Assembly: GCA_034530875.2 (NCBI GenBank) | Contig: JAVRCJ020000022.1 | Location: forward strand, 67,048-131,047 | Direction: 5' to 3' | Source of the DNA: Nostoc sp. DedSLP01 | Lineage (GTDB): Bacteria > Cyanobacteriota > Cyanobacteriia > Cyanobacteriales > Nostocaceae | Length of the DNA: 64,000 bases | Notes under the pieces: generated by a model | What the model was told of the DNA's origin: nothing | Seen by the model: the letters and a program-made list of their open reading frames with translations, nothing else | Databases searched by the model: none | In this document: positions 51,464 to 60,564 of the stretch, piece after piece | How the letters are laid out: each line of letters starts with the position of its first letter | Position numbering within the stretch: position 1 is the stretch's first letter | Made by a program: the position numbers and the translations under genes

Positions 51464-52990
51464 ATGACTGAATATAACAGATTGAAAACTTCACGCTCCG
51501 CAGCAGTAAGAGCAACCTTGGATTATCCGATAATCGACACTGATGTTCACACCAATGATTTCAGTCCGGCGCTTGAGGATTACATCGCTAATTATGGCGG
51601 TACAAAACTCGTAGATGCATTACGCAAGGCAGAAACTTCTCGTCTCAACTCTAAGGTTAACGGTAAAGACTGGTATCAACAAACCCCAGAAGAACGTCAA
51701 TACAATCGCACAATTCGTTCTCCTTGGTGGGCGAGAGTTACGCAGAATACATTGGATTTAGCTACTTATACTTTGCCTGAATTATTTTATCAACGTCAGG
51801 CAGAGCAAGGATCTGATTATTCGGTACTGTTTCCTAACAACGTCCTCGCACCAGCTGGGGCTGGTCCCGAACATCGCCAAGCACTGCAACGGGCGGTAAA
51901 TCACTATCATGCTGACTTGTATCGGAAATATAGCGATCGCCTCACAGTAGTAGCAGGCATCCCTATGGGTACTCCACAAGAAGCTATTGAGGAGTTAGAA
52001 TTTGCTGTAAAAACACTAGGTCTAAAAGTAGCAAATATTCCTGGTGGTGTGAAACGGCCGATTAAAGCGATCGCCGATAAATATCCAGCAGACCAATTCC
52101 CAGAAATCGGCAAATATGCTTCTTACATCGACTTCTACGGATTGGATAGCGAATATGACTACGATCCATTCTGGGCGAAAGCAGTTGAATTAGGCGTACC
52201 TGTTACTACACACTACGGTAGCCAAGGTTGGACTGGACGCTCTTCCATCAGTAACTACATGAACAACCACATCGGTCACTTTGCCGATGGTTCGCAAGCA
52301 TTTGCTAAATCTTTGTTCTTTGGTGGCGTAACTAAGCGTTTCCCACAATTACGCATAGCCATGCTCGAAGGTGGTGCAGATTGGGGCGCTCACGTCTACA
52401 TTCATTTGGTAGACCGTTTCTCCAAGCGCAATCTCAAAGGACTGCAAAACTACAACCCAGAACTGACAAATTCTGATGAGTTGTTTGCATTATTCGAGCG
52501 TTTCGGTAGCGAATTCCTGCAAGCGCATCCACTCAATAAAGAAGAACTGACAAAATCTGTACTAGGTTCTTCCTTCAACCGTCATAGCCGATCGCCCATT
52601 GGTAGCGAACTCGAAGACTTTGCCGCAGCCGGAATTGAAACAATAGAAGACATCCGCGATCGCTGGGTGAATAGCTTCTTCTTTGGTTCCGAGTCCGACG
52701 ATCGCACCATCGGCACAGCATTCAACGACAAAGCCAATCCCTTGGGCGTGAAAATCAACGCCATCTATTCCTCCGACGTTGGTCACTGGGATGTACCCGA
52801 CCTCACAGATCCTCTGGCAGAAAGCTGGGATTTGGTGCAAGAAGGAGTAATTACCGAAGCTGACTTTAAAGCTTATGTTTTCGGCAATCCTTACAAGTTC
52901 TACACCCAAGCTAACCCTGACTTCTTCAAAGGTACAGCGGTTGAATCTCTTGTATCTCCACAAGTTGATAAGAACCTTGTAGTCGCTTAA
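51464..52990 (+). CDS. Amidohydrolase_2-superfamily metalloenzyme, paralog of 40465-41952
   Basis: PIIDTDVH, YDYDPFW, VTTH, HIGHFA, SSDVGHWD; start MTEYN after AGGA. Confidence 0.8.
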   Translation: MTEYNRLKTSRSAAVRATLDYPIIDTDVHTNDFSPALEDYIANYGGTKLVDALRKAETSRLNSKVNGKDWYQQTPEERQYNRTIRSPWWARVTQNTLDLATYTLPELFYQRQAEQGSDYSVLFPNNVLAPAGAGPEHRQALQRAVNHYHADLYRKYSDRLTVVAGIPMGTPQEAIEELEFAVKTLGLKVANIPGGVKRPIKAIADKYPADQFPEIGKYASYIDFYGLDSEYDYDPFWAKAVELGVPVTTHYGSQGWTGRSSISNYMNNHIGHFADGSQAFAKSLFFGGVTKRFPQLRIAMLEGGADWGAHVYIHLVDRFSKRNLKGLQNYNPELTNSDELFALFERFGSEFLQAHPLNKEELTKSVLGSSFNRHSRSPIGSELEDFAAAGIETIEDIRDRWVNSFFFGSESDDRTIGTAFNDKANPLGVKINAIYSSDVGHWDVPDLTDPLAESWDLVQEGVITEADFKAYVFGNPYKFYTQANPDFFKGTAVESLVSPQVDKNLVVA

Positions 52991-53067
52991 AGCCTACAAG
53001 ATCCCCGACTTCTAGAAGAAGTCGGGGATCTGATCACCACCACCAAACATACAGAGGAATTACAACT

Positions 53068-53721
53068 ATGGCTATCGAACATCGCTCTGGTTTATTGCCT
53101 TATCTGTTCTCGGCTGTTTCTGAAGATACTCAAAAACCCGCACCTCTGGTATTGTTTTTGCATGGGGCACGCGATCGCGGTAACGATCTAAATGTCCTCC
53201 TCAAATGGGGTTTACCTCGTTTTGTCAATGAATCAAGCCCCTTACCTTACTTCTTTTTAGCGCCCCAACTTCCTGAAGGACAGACTTGGATAGAGCGAGA
53301 ATCAGATGTCATTGCTTTGTTGGATAATCTTATCTCCTCTCGAGCGATCGATCCATCCCGCATCATCTTATCTGGGTTCAGTTTAGGTACGGCTGGGGCA
53401 TGGCATATCGCTGCTTCTAATCCTCATCGTTTTGCTGGTCTGGTGGCAGTTTCCGGTCGCGTTCCCAAAACATTAGAACCAAACCAACTAGCTGCACTCA
53501 AAGAAATTCCTATCCAAATATTCCAAGGCGACAAGGACGAAAAGCTTCCTGTTGAAGATGCACAGCAGATTGTGGAGACTTTACGTGGCTTAGGGGCAAC
53601 AGTAGATTTTACTGTACTGCCTGACCGCGATCATTTTATTGCCGATGAAGTCTACAGTGACTCGAAATTGCAACAATGGCTGATTTCACAGAACCGTCGT
53701 CAAGCTTCTGTAGTGGCTTAA
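53068..53721 (+). CDS. Alpha/beta-hydrolase (carboxylesterase/phospholipase-like)
   Basis: LVLFLHG, GFSLG nucleophile elbow, GDKD, DH. Confidence 0.85.
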   Translation: MAIEHRSGLLPYLFSAVSEDTQKPAPLVLFLHGARDRGNDLNVLLKWGLPRFVNESSPLPYFFLAPQLPEGQTWIERESDVIALLDNLISSRAIDPSRIILSGFSLGTAGAWHIAASNPHRFAGLVAVSGRVPKTLEPNQLAALKEIPIQIFQGDKDEKLPVEDAQQIVETLRGLGATVDFTVLPDRDHFIADEVYSDSKLQQWLISQNRRQASVVA

Positions 53722-53739
53722 CTGCGTACTTGCTAATTC

Positions 53740-53844
53740 GGCGTTGCATAATTACGGGATGATTTATCTCACGCAGAGGCGCAGAGAGAATAAGGAGTTT
53801 AAGATTTCAACGAATCGGGTTTCATCCCGTGATTCAGCAACGCC
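53740..53844. mobile_element. MITE, 105 bp, 8-bp target-site duplication
   Basis: TIR GGCGTTGCATAATTACGGGATGA / TCATCCCGTGATTCAGCAACGCC; GCTAATTC at 53732-53739 and 53845-53852. Confidence 0.9.
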
Positions 53845-53872
53845 GCTAATTCTATAAATAACGAACGCTAGC

Positions 53873-54871
53873 ATGACTTTACCAACAACTAAACTTGGTC
53901 AAACTGGATTGACCGTTTCCCGCCTCTGTCTTGGTACAATGACTTTCGGATTACAGGCAGATGAGGAAACCTCCAGGCGCATTCTTGACACTGCTGCTGA
54001 TGGTGGCATCAATTTTTTAGATACAGCTGATGTTTATCCGCTTGGGGGTGGACTGCCCACAGTTGGGCGTACTGAAGAGATCGTGGGACGTTGGCTCAAA
54101 GGTAAACGCGAACATTTTATTTTAGCTACTAAGGCTGTAGGCAATGTTGGCCCTGCGCCTTGGGATCGAGGTGCTTCGCGCAAACATATTTTAGATGCGA
54201 TCGATGCTTCCCTCAGACGGTTGGGAACTGATTATGTTGACCTATACCAATTGCACTCTGATGATGCCTCGACCCCCCTTGATGAAACCCTAGAAGCATT
54301 AGATACAATAGTCCGTGCGGGTAAGGTACGTTATATCGGGGTTTCCAACTTCTTAGCATACCGACTTGCTCGTGCTTTGGGTCGCGCAGATGTGCGAAAT
54401 TTGACTCGTTTCGTCTCAATTCAACCCCGCTACAATCTTTTATTCCGCGAAATTGAGCGAGAACTTTTACCTTTAGCCAAAGAAGAAGGCTTGGGTGTAA
54501 TTCCCTACAATCCCTTGGCAGGTGGTTTGCTTACAGGCAAACACAATCTGGCTCAAGGCCCCACCGCAGGTACACGTTTTACTTTAGGTGCTGCGGCGGA
54601 GCGTTATCAAGAGCGATACTGGCGCGATCGCGAGTTCAATACTGTCGAGGAATTACGCACAGTTGCAGAATACGCTGGATTCTCGCTCACTACTCTAGCG
54701 ATCGCTTGGGTTTTGGCTAATCCGATTATCACTGCTCCGATTATTGGTGCCAGTCGTCCAGAACAACTTGCTGACACCCTAAAGGCTGTGGAAGTCAAAC
54801 TCGATGACAGTTTGAAACAAAAACTAGACGACATCACCGCCGAATACCGCAGGGGAGATTCGCTGCGTTAG
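53873..54871 (+). CDS. Aldo/keto reductase
   Basis: LCLGTMTFG, DTADVY, DYVDLYQLH, GKVRYIGVSN. Confidence 0.92.
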   Translation: MTLPTTKLGQTGLTVSRLCLGTMTFGLQADEETSRRILDTAADGGINFLDTADVYPLGGGLPTVGRTEEIVGRWLKGKREHFILATKAVGNVGPAPWDRGASRKHILDAIDASLRRLGTDYVDLYQLHSDDASTPLDETLEALDTIVRAGKVRYIGVSNFLAYRLARALGRADVRNLTRFVSIQPRYNLLFREIERELLPLAKEEGLGVIPYNPLAGGLLTGKHNLAQGPTAGTRFTLGAAAERYQERYWRDREFNTVEELRTVAEYAGFSLTTLAIAWVLANPIITAPIIGASRPEQLADTLKAVEVKLDDSLKQKLDDITAEYRRGDSLR

Positions 54872-54936
54872 TTTCTCTGGCGATGACAAATTACAAATTA
54901 TAAACATTGAAATCAGAAATATCTCATTGCACAGCT

Positions 54937-55977
54937 ATGATTAAACGCCGTCGTTTTCTCAATGTTGCTACATCTAGTCTTGGCGGTTTTTCGATGGCAT
55001 ATCTGCTGGGAAGTTGTAGCCAACAAAGCCAACAAAATGTAGCAAATGGTACTAGTTCCTTGGCAATCAAAGCGAAGGTTCTACGCATGGGGTATCAGAG
55101 TGCGGGGGATCTTGTGCGAAATCGCCAAGTTTTAGAAAAACGCTTAGAGCCACTAGGGGTTAAGGTAGAATGGGCGCAATTCGTCCAAGGTCCTCAACTT
55201 ATGGAAGGAATGGCGGCGGGCAAAGTTGATGTGGGATCGGTAGGAGAAACACCACCAATTTTTGCACAAGTCGCCGGGTCACAGCTGGTTTATGTCGTTG
55301 GTACGCAAAGAACTGCCAAGACAGGAACAAGTAGTGTTATTGCTGTACCCCCAGAATCTTCTCTGACAAAGTTTGAGGAAATTAAGGGACAAGAAGTATA
55401 TTTTCAAAAAGGCTCGGCATCACATTATTTTATTCTCAGAGCGTTACAGTCAATTAACTTAACAATCAAAGATATCAAAATTAGAAGTATGCCGACCATT
55501 GAAGCGCGGGCTGCTTTTTTAGAAGGCAAAATTCCTGTTTGGATGACGGGAGATCCGCATTATGCGATCGCCGAAAAAATGAAACGGATTCGCGTCCTCA
55601 GAGATTCTGTTGGGTTAGATTCTCCTGGTGGCTATTATATTGCCGATCGGAAGTTTGCTGAAGAAAATCCTGGGTTGCTAAAAATCCTTATTGAGGAACT
55701 TAATAATCTCGATAAATGGTCAGAGACGCATCGAGATGAAGTCAAAAAGTTGATGATTACTACACAAAAGCTCGATGAAGATGTGGCTGAAAGAGTGATG
55801 TCTCGTCGCACTTTTGCAGGGCGTAGAGGTCTTAGCCCTGCACTGATTACAGAACAACAGCGTGTGGCAGATTTATTCTTTGAATCGGGTGTAATACCTA
55901 AGAAAATTGATATTAAGGAGGCTTTACTTCCGCCCGATTTATATGCTGCCATCACACCACCAGAAATTATGGTCTAG
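54937..55977 (+). CDS. ssuA: SsuA-like binding lipoprotein (twin-Arg-like KRRRFL signal)
   Basis: Lipobox LGSC; GETPPIFAQ, FQKGSASHY. Confidence 0.85.
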   Translation: MIKRRRFLNVATSSLGGFSMAYLLGSCSQQSQQNVANGTSSLAIKAKVLRMGYQSAGDLVRNRQVLEKRLEPLGVKVEWAQFVQGPQLMEGMAAGKVDVGSVGETPPIFAQVAGSQLVYVVGTQRTAKTGTSSVIAVPPESSLTKFEEIKGQEVYFQKGSASHYFILRALQSINLTIKDIKIRSMPTIEARAAFLEGKIPVWMTGDPHYAIAEKMKRIRVLRDSVGLDSPGGYYIADRKFAEENPGLLKILIEELNNLDKWSETHRDEVKKLMITTQKLDEDVAERVMSRRTFAGRRGLSPALITEQQRVADLFFESGVIPKKIDIKEALLPPDLYAAITPPEIMV

Positions 55978-56109
55978 CTTAAGAGTGTTGATTAGAGTAT
56001 AGGGGTTTAGGAGAAAGACATTTTTATGTTTGGTTATGAGATTTTCTCATGAATAACTGACTTGATTGATTTTAAATTAGTATAAATTGATGCTTCGAGA
56101 AAGAATTTC

Positions 56110-57957
56110 ATGAAGAAAAACTCGAGAAAATTTCAATCCTTTCAACGCGCTCACGACGCGCCAGCTTTACCAAAGACTGCATTTCGATTTATTGACCACT
56201 TTGTTTATAAATTTCGGTGGTGGTACGTAGCAATGGTGATTCTGGAGATACTTCATGCCACCTGCGGCATCATGTTACCTTATGCTATTGGCGAGATTAT
56301 TCGGAGTGTGACAAAATCCACAGGTGACACCAAGCTAGTCCTACAAGCTATACATCAACCGTTGATGCTGTTTGCTGGCTTAAGTGTGGGTGAAGTATTA
56401 TTCGGTCGTTCTGCTGGACTTTTGCAGACAATCGTTCATCCTATCCATCGGCAACATATTGTCAGATCCTTATATGCCTATTTGCAGCACCATTCTCACC
56501 GCTACTTGAGCAGTAGTTTTGCTGGCGCATTGGCACATCGCATCAGCGAAACTTCTTTGGGTGTCACTCAGACGATGAGCATGTTGATTACTGAATTTAT
56601 GTCATTAATCGTCATGTTCAGTGTCTCCACAGTGTTACTTTATCGCGCCCATCCTTATCTGGCTGCGTTTGTAGGAGTTTGGGCAATACTGTTTTTGGGC
56701 ATTTCTTTTTGGTTAGCAACTCGCTGCCGACCTCACGCATTGAATGCGGCGGCTGCTAGAAGTGAAACTACTGGGAATATAGTTGATTCTGTGACGAATC
56801 TCACTAGTACCAAACTGTTTGCACGTCTGGGTTTTGAAAGACAATATCTCAACGATCAATTAAAGCGAGAACTCAAAGAGGTGAGGAAATCTAACTGGTA
56901 TTCTGAGCGAGTTCGCTGGTTTCAGTTTGTGTCGGCAGCAATCTTGAAAATCGGCACTCTGTATTACTCAATTTCACTCTGGAGTCAAGGAGCGATCGCC
57001 GCAGCTGATTTTGTGGTGGCAACTAGCTTATCGCTGTTAATCATCAGTGAAGCCCGTAATATCAGCCGCCGCTTTCTCGAAGTTTTTGAACATATCGGCA
57101 ATGTTGCTAATGGCGTTCAGACTATTGTTCAACCCCACGAACTGATTGACAGAGATAAAGCGATCGCCCATTCAATCGATCGGGGTTGTATCGAGTTTCG
57201 GCGAGTCAATTTCAGCTACTCAGAAGGCAAGCAAGTTTTTAAGAATCTTTCTATTACTATTGAACCAGGCCAGCGCGTGGGACTAGTAGGCTTTTCCGGC
57301 TCTGGAAAATCTACTTTCGTAAATCTCATTTTGCGTCTATTCGACCCCCAATCAGGACAGATTTTTATTGATGGGGTTGATATTCAAGATATGACTCAAG
57401 ATGCTTTACACGCACAAATCAGTTTAATTCCTCAAGATCCTTCTTTATTCCATCGGACATTAATGGAAAATATCCGTTACGGACGACTAGATGCCACCGA
57501 TGAGGAAGTGATGAAAGCGGCGCGTAAAGCTCATGCTCACGATTTTATCGCAGCCATGAAGGAGGGATATAACTCCTTGGTGGGGGAACGTGGTGTGAAA
57601 TTATCAGGAGGACAAAGACAACGAATTGCGATCGCCCGAGTTATTCTCAAAGATGCACCAATACTCATCCTAGATGAAGCCACATCCAGCCTCGATTCAA
57701 TTACCGAAAGAGCCATCCAAGACACCCTCGATTTAGCGATGAATGGGAAAACAGTCATTGTAGTGGCTCATAGGTTATCTACCATCGCCCATCTAGACCG
57801 TATTTTAGTATTCGACCGAGGTCGCATTGTCGAAGATGATACTCACGCCAAACTCTTGGCGCGTCGTGGTGCTTACTACAAGTTATGGCAAATGCAAGCA
57901 GGTGGATTCTTACCTGTAGATAACAACCAAAATGTATCTGAACTCCAAACCGGATAG
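56110..57957 (+). CDS. ABC exporter, fused permease and ATPase
   Basis: N-terminal TM domain; [23 protein letters not shown]. Confidence 0.92.
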   Translation: MKKNSRKFQSFQRAHDAPALPKTAFRFIDHFVYKFRWWYVAMVILEILHATCGIMLPYAIGEIIRSVTKSTGDTKLVLQAIHQPLMLFAGLSVGEVLFGRSAGLLQTIVHPIHRQHIVRSLYAYLQHHSHRYLSSSFAGALAHRISETSLGVTQTMSMLITEFMSLIVMFSVSTVLLYRAHPYLAAFVGVWAILFLGISFWLATRCRPHALNAAAARSETTGNIVDSVTNLTSTKLFARLGFERQYLNDQLKRELKEVRKSNWYSERVRWFQFVSAAILKIGTLYYSISLWSQGAIAAADFVVATSLSLLIISEARNISRRFLEVFEHIGNVANGVQTIVQPHELIDRDKAIAHSIDRGCIEFRRVNFSYSEGKQVFKNLSITIEPGQRVGLVGFSGSGKSTFVNLILRLFDPQSGQIFIDGVDIQDMTQDALHAQISLIPQDPSLFHRTLMENIRYGRLDATDEEVMKAARKAHAHDFIAAMKEGYNSLVGERGVKLSGGQRQRIAIARVILKDAPILILDEATSSLDSITERAIQDTLDLAMNGKTVIVVAHRLSTIAHLDRILVFDRGRIVEDDTHAKLLARRGAYYKLWQMQAGGFLPVDNNQNVSELQTG

Positions 57958-57967
57958 TAAAAACGAA

Positions 57968-57998
57968 TGTAGAGAGGTAGCATTGCTACCTCTCTACA
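57968..57998. terminator. 15-bp perfect hairpin between convergent genes
   Basis: TGTAGAGAGGTAGCA-T-TGCTACCTCTCTACA. Confidence 0.65.
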
Positions 57999-58015
57999 GG
58001 GTTTCGGGTAACTAA

Positions 58016-58870
58016 TTACATCACTACTCTTGGATAAAGTCGCGCACAGGTTAAGGTCAAGGCGATTAATATTAACAACAGAATTGCAAAATCCAAACCA
58101 AAACCATAGATACTAGTTCCATTTGCTAACATCGTGCCGCGTAATGCATCGACTTGATAAGTTAAGGGATTGACATGAGACAAAAGCTTTAACCAGCTCG
58201 GCATCATGGAAATCGGATAAATGGCATTACTAGCAAAAAACAACGGCATAGTTAACAACTGTCCAATTCCCGTCATCCGTTCTCTAGTTTTCACTACACA
58301 GCCAATGATTAGAGAAAAGGTGCAAAAACAACCAGCTCCTAGCAACACAATTAATAGCACCTGCAAAAAAGCTAAAGGATGAAGGTTGAGTTTCACACCT
58401 AAGATAAATGCTAATACGTAAATAACAAACACCTGTGATAAACAACGCACACCACAAGCTAGGGATTTACCTAATACCATCGCTACTCTAGGTGTTGGAC
58501 TAGCAAGGAATTTATGCACAACTCCTAAATCTCGCTCCCAAATTAGGGTCATTCCGCCTGTAAAAATTGCGACAAACAGTACGCTCTGCGCCAGAATACC
58601 GGCTGACATGAAGTCTAAATAAGGTAAGTCGCCTGTAGGAATTGCGCGAATGCGGGAGAATACTTGCCCAAAGATGAGGAGCCACAGTGATGGTTGTACG
58701 GCTCTGACTACTAAATCCGTAGGGTCGTGCCTTAATTTTCGCACTTCCATCTCGGCGATCGTCAGGGTTTTTGTAAATGTCTGAATAATTGCAGAAATTA
58801 CATTGCTACGGTGGGAAGGTTTTGTCTTAACCCAACCGTTGAGCTGTACGTCTGGTTCTGGCTGTATCAC
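58016..58870 (-). CDS. ABC-2 type efflux permease (DrrB-like)
   Basis: PLFFASNAIYP, NPLTYQVDALR. Confidence 0.9.
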   Translation of the reverse strand: MIQPEPDVQLNGWVKTKPSHRSNVISAIIQTFTKTLTIAEMEVRKLRHDPTDLVVRAVQPSLWLLIFGQVFSRIRAIPTGDLPYLDFMSAGILAQSVLFVAIFTGGMTLIWERDLGVVHKFLASPTPRVAMVLGKSLACGVRCLSQVFVIYVLAFILGVKLNLHPLAFLQVLLIVLLGAGCFCTFSLIIGCVVKTRERMTGIGQLLTMPLFFASNAIYPISMMPSWLKLLSHVNPLTYQVDALRGTMLANGTSIYGFGLDFAILLLILIALTLTCARLYPRVVM

Positions 58871-59681
58871 GGTAGTTAACTCCTGATGTTAATTGGTCGC
58901 CTGTGTAATGAATAAAGACATCATCTAAGGTTGCATTCGGCTTTTCCAAAGAAGCTTTTAAATCGTTTGGTGCGCCTGTAATAACAACTTCGCCTTGCTG
59001 CATAATCGTCACTCGATTACACAGGTTATCGGCTTCTTCTAAAAAGTGAGTGGTTAAAAATATAGTTGTGCCGTAATCTGTACGCAATTGCTGCACAAGT
59101 TGCCATACGTGAGTACGGGCAATGGGATCTAGTCCTACAGTCGGTTCGTCAAGGAACAAAATCTTTGGGTAGTGCATGATGGATTGGGCAATTTCTAACT
59201 TGCGAATCATGCCACCAGAGTAATTACGTACTAAACGATGAGCTGCTGCTTGCAAACCCATAAAATCTAAAACTTCCTGAATTCGCCTTTGTCTGTGCTT
59301 GACAGGAATATCATATAGCTTGGCAAAGATTAAAAGATTTTCGTAGCCTGTAAGACTACCATCAGCAGATAACGCTTGTGGTACATAGCCAAATAGCCGC
59401 CTGACTGCACCAGCCTGATGAGTGATATCATAGCCAGCTATAGTTGCTCTACCTGCACTTAGAGGCAATAGAGTAGTCAGCATTTTAATTGCTGTACTTT
59501 TGCCTGCTCCATTGGGGCCGAGTAAGCCAAATACCTCACCTTGTTGTACTGTGATACTCAAATCGTTCACAGCAGCTACTTTACCGAAGTAACGCGTCAG
59601 TCCGTGTGTTTCTAAAATCACTGCTTGGGGTTTACTAGCAAGCGATCCTGACAAGTCAATGTTTCCCGTAAGTCTAGTCAC
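58827..59681 (-). CDS. ABC-2 type efflux ATP-binding protein (DrrA-like)
   Basis: GPNGAGKST, YSGGM, LDEPTVGLDP. Confidence 0.92.
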   Translation of the reverse strand: MTRLTGNIDLSGSLASKPQAVILETHGLTRYFGKVAAVNDLSITVQQGEVFGLLGPNGAGKSTAIKMLTTLLPLSAGRATIAGYDITHQAGAVRRLFGYVPQALSADGSLTGYENLLIFAKLYDIPVKHRQRRIQEVLDFMGLQAAAHRLVRNYSGGMIRKLEIAQSIMHYPKILFLDEPTVGLDPIARTHVWQLVQQLRTDYGTTIFLTTHFLEEADNLCNRVTIMQQGEVVITGAPNDLKASLEKPNATLDDVFIHYTGDQLTSGVNYRDTARTRRTAQRLG

Positions 59682-59697
59682 GAGTTTGATACGATTA

Positions 59698-59720
59698 AAT
59701 AGTTAGTAAAACTAACTATT
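59698..59720. promoter_or_regulatory. Perfect 10-bp inverted repeat, candidate repressor operator for the efflux genes
   Basis: AATAGTTAGT-AAA-ACTAACTATT, 17 nt upstream of the start codon. Confidence 0.6.
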
Positions 59721-59752
59721 AGCTTCGCATATTTTATTTGAAAGTCAAGATT

Positions 59753-60130
59753 TCAATTTGTAACGTTACTGGATTGGGCTATCTCTATACGATTTCCAGC
59801 AGGATCGCGGATAAAAAAGCGATCGCTTTCGGGCAAGGCACGATCCTCAATAATTTCTACCCCGTGTGCTTGCAGATGTTTGCCAAATTCTTCTAAGTTG
59901 TTAACTTCAAAACATAGATGCCGTCTAGATTCTTGGTTATGAGGCTGTTTCTCTATACCGATGTGAATCTGAATATCTCCCAGTACATACCATGCGCCTC
60001 CATTTACTTGGAGAGCCTCTGGTTTAGTAATTTCAGTTAGTCCCAAAATTTTACTGTAAAAAAACAGCATAGCATTCTCTGCTTCTGGCGGTGATGTTAC
60101 CTGAATATGAGCAACTGCTGTGAGCCACAC
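59753..60130 (-). CDS. VOC/glyoxalase family protein
   Basis: HIQV, FYSKILGL, HLCFEV, RFFIRDPAGNRIE. Confidence 0.9.
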   Translation of the reverse strand: MWLTAVAHIQVTSPPEAENAMLFFYSKILGLTEITKPEALQVNGGAWYVLGDIQIHIGIEKQPHNQESRRHLCFEVNNLEEFGKHLQAHGVEIIEDRALPESDRFFIRDPAGNRIEIAQSSNVTN

Positions 60131-60181
60131 TTTGATTTTCCCCGTGTTTCTTCAGAGGTTAAGGTGAATTTTGCTTTAATC

Positions 60182-60207
60182 TACGTTAAGCTTACCAATT
60201 TAGCGTA
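60182..60207. promoter_or_regulatory. Putative sulfur-regulon operator box upstream of the VOC gene
   Basis: AATC-TACGTTAA-gcttaccaat-TTAGCGTA-TTT. Confidence 0.7.
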
Positions 60208-60224
60208 TTTATGTTACTCTCATT

Positions 60225-60410
60225 TTGCACCCAGCCGTAGCAATTAGAAATCGCGGCTATACAAACGTAGGCGAAGCCTTCCCGAAGGGTAGTCTGCCTA
60301 TCGCGCTTGCGCTGCGCTTGGCGCACCACGCGGACTCACACAACATAAAGGGTTTGAAACCCGCGTAGGCGGGTTTTGCCTGTGTAGCTTCCAGTCGCCT
60401 GGTGCAAGAT
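60225..60410. repeat. Composite repeat with nested small insertions, including the 28-nt element at 60301-60328
   Basis: TTGCACC..GGTGCAAGA ends, AAACCCGCGTAGGCGGGTTT hairpin, CCTTCCCGAAGG, 28-nt copy. Confidence 0.65.
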
Positions 60411-60564
60411 ATAGCCTATGTATATAAATTTACTTATTTTTAATCTTTTGTTAAACTAACATTAATATTGAGTAAATCTATTGTTTTTCCGTAGTTTTAG
60501 GTTTAACAATAACTCTGCCAGTAGATGCAAAATTCTGCTCCATATATAAAGAAGGAATCCGGTA

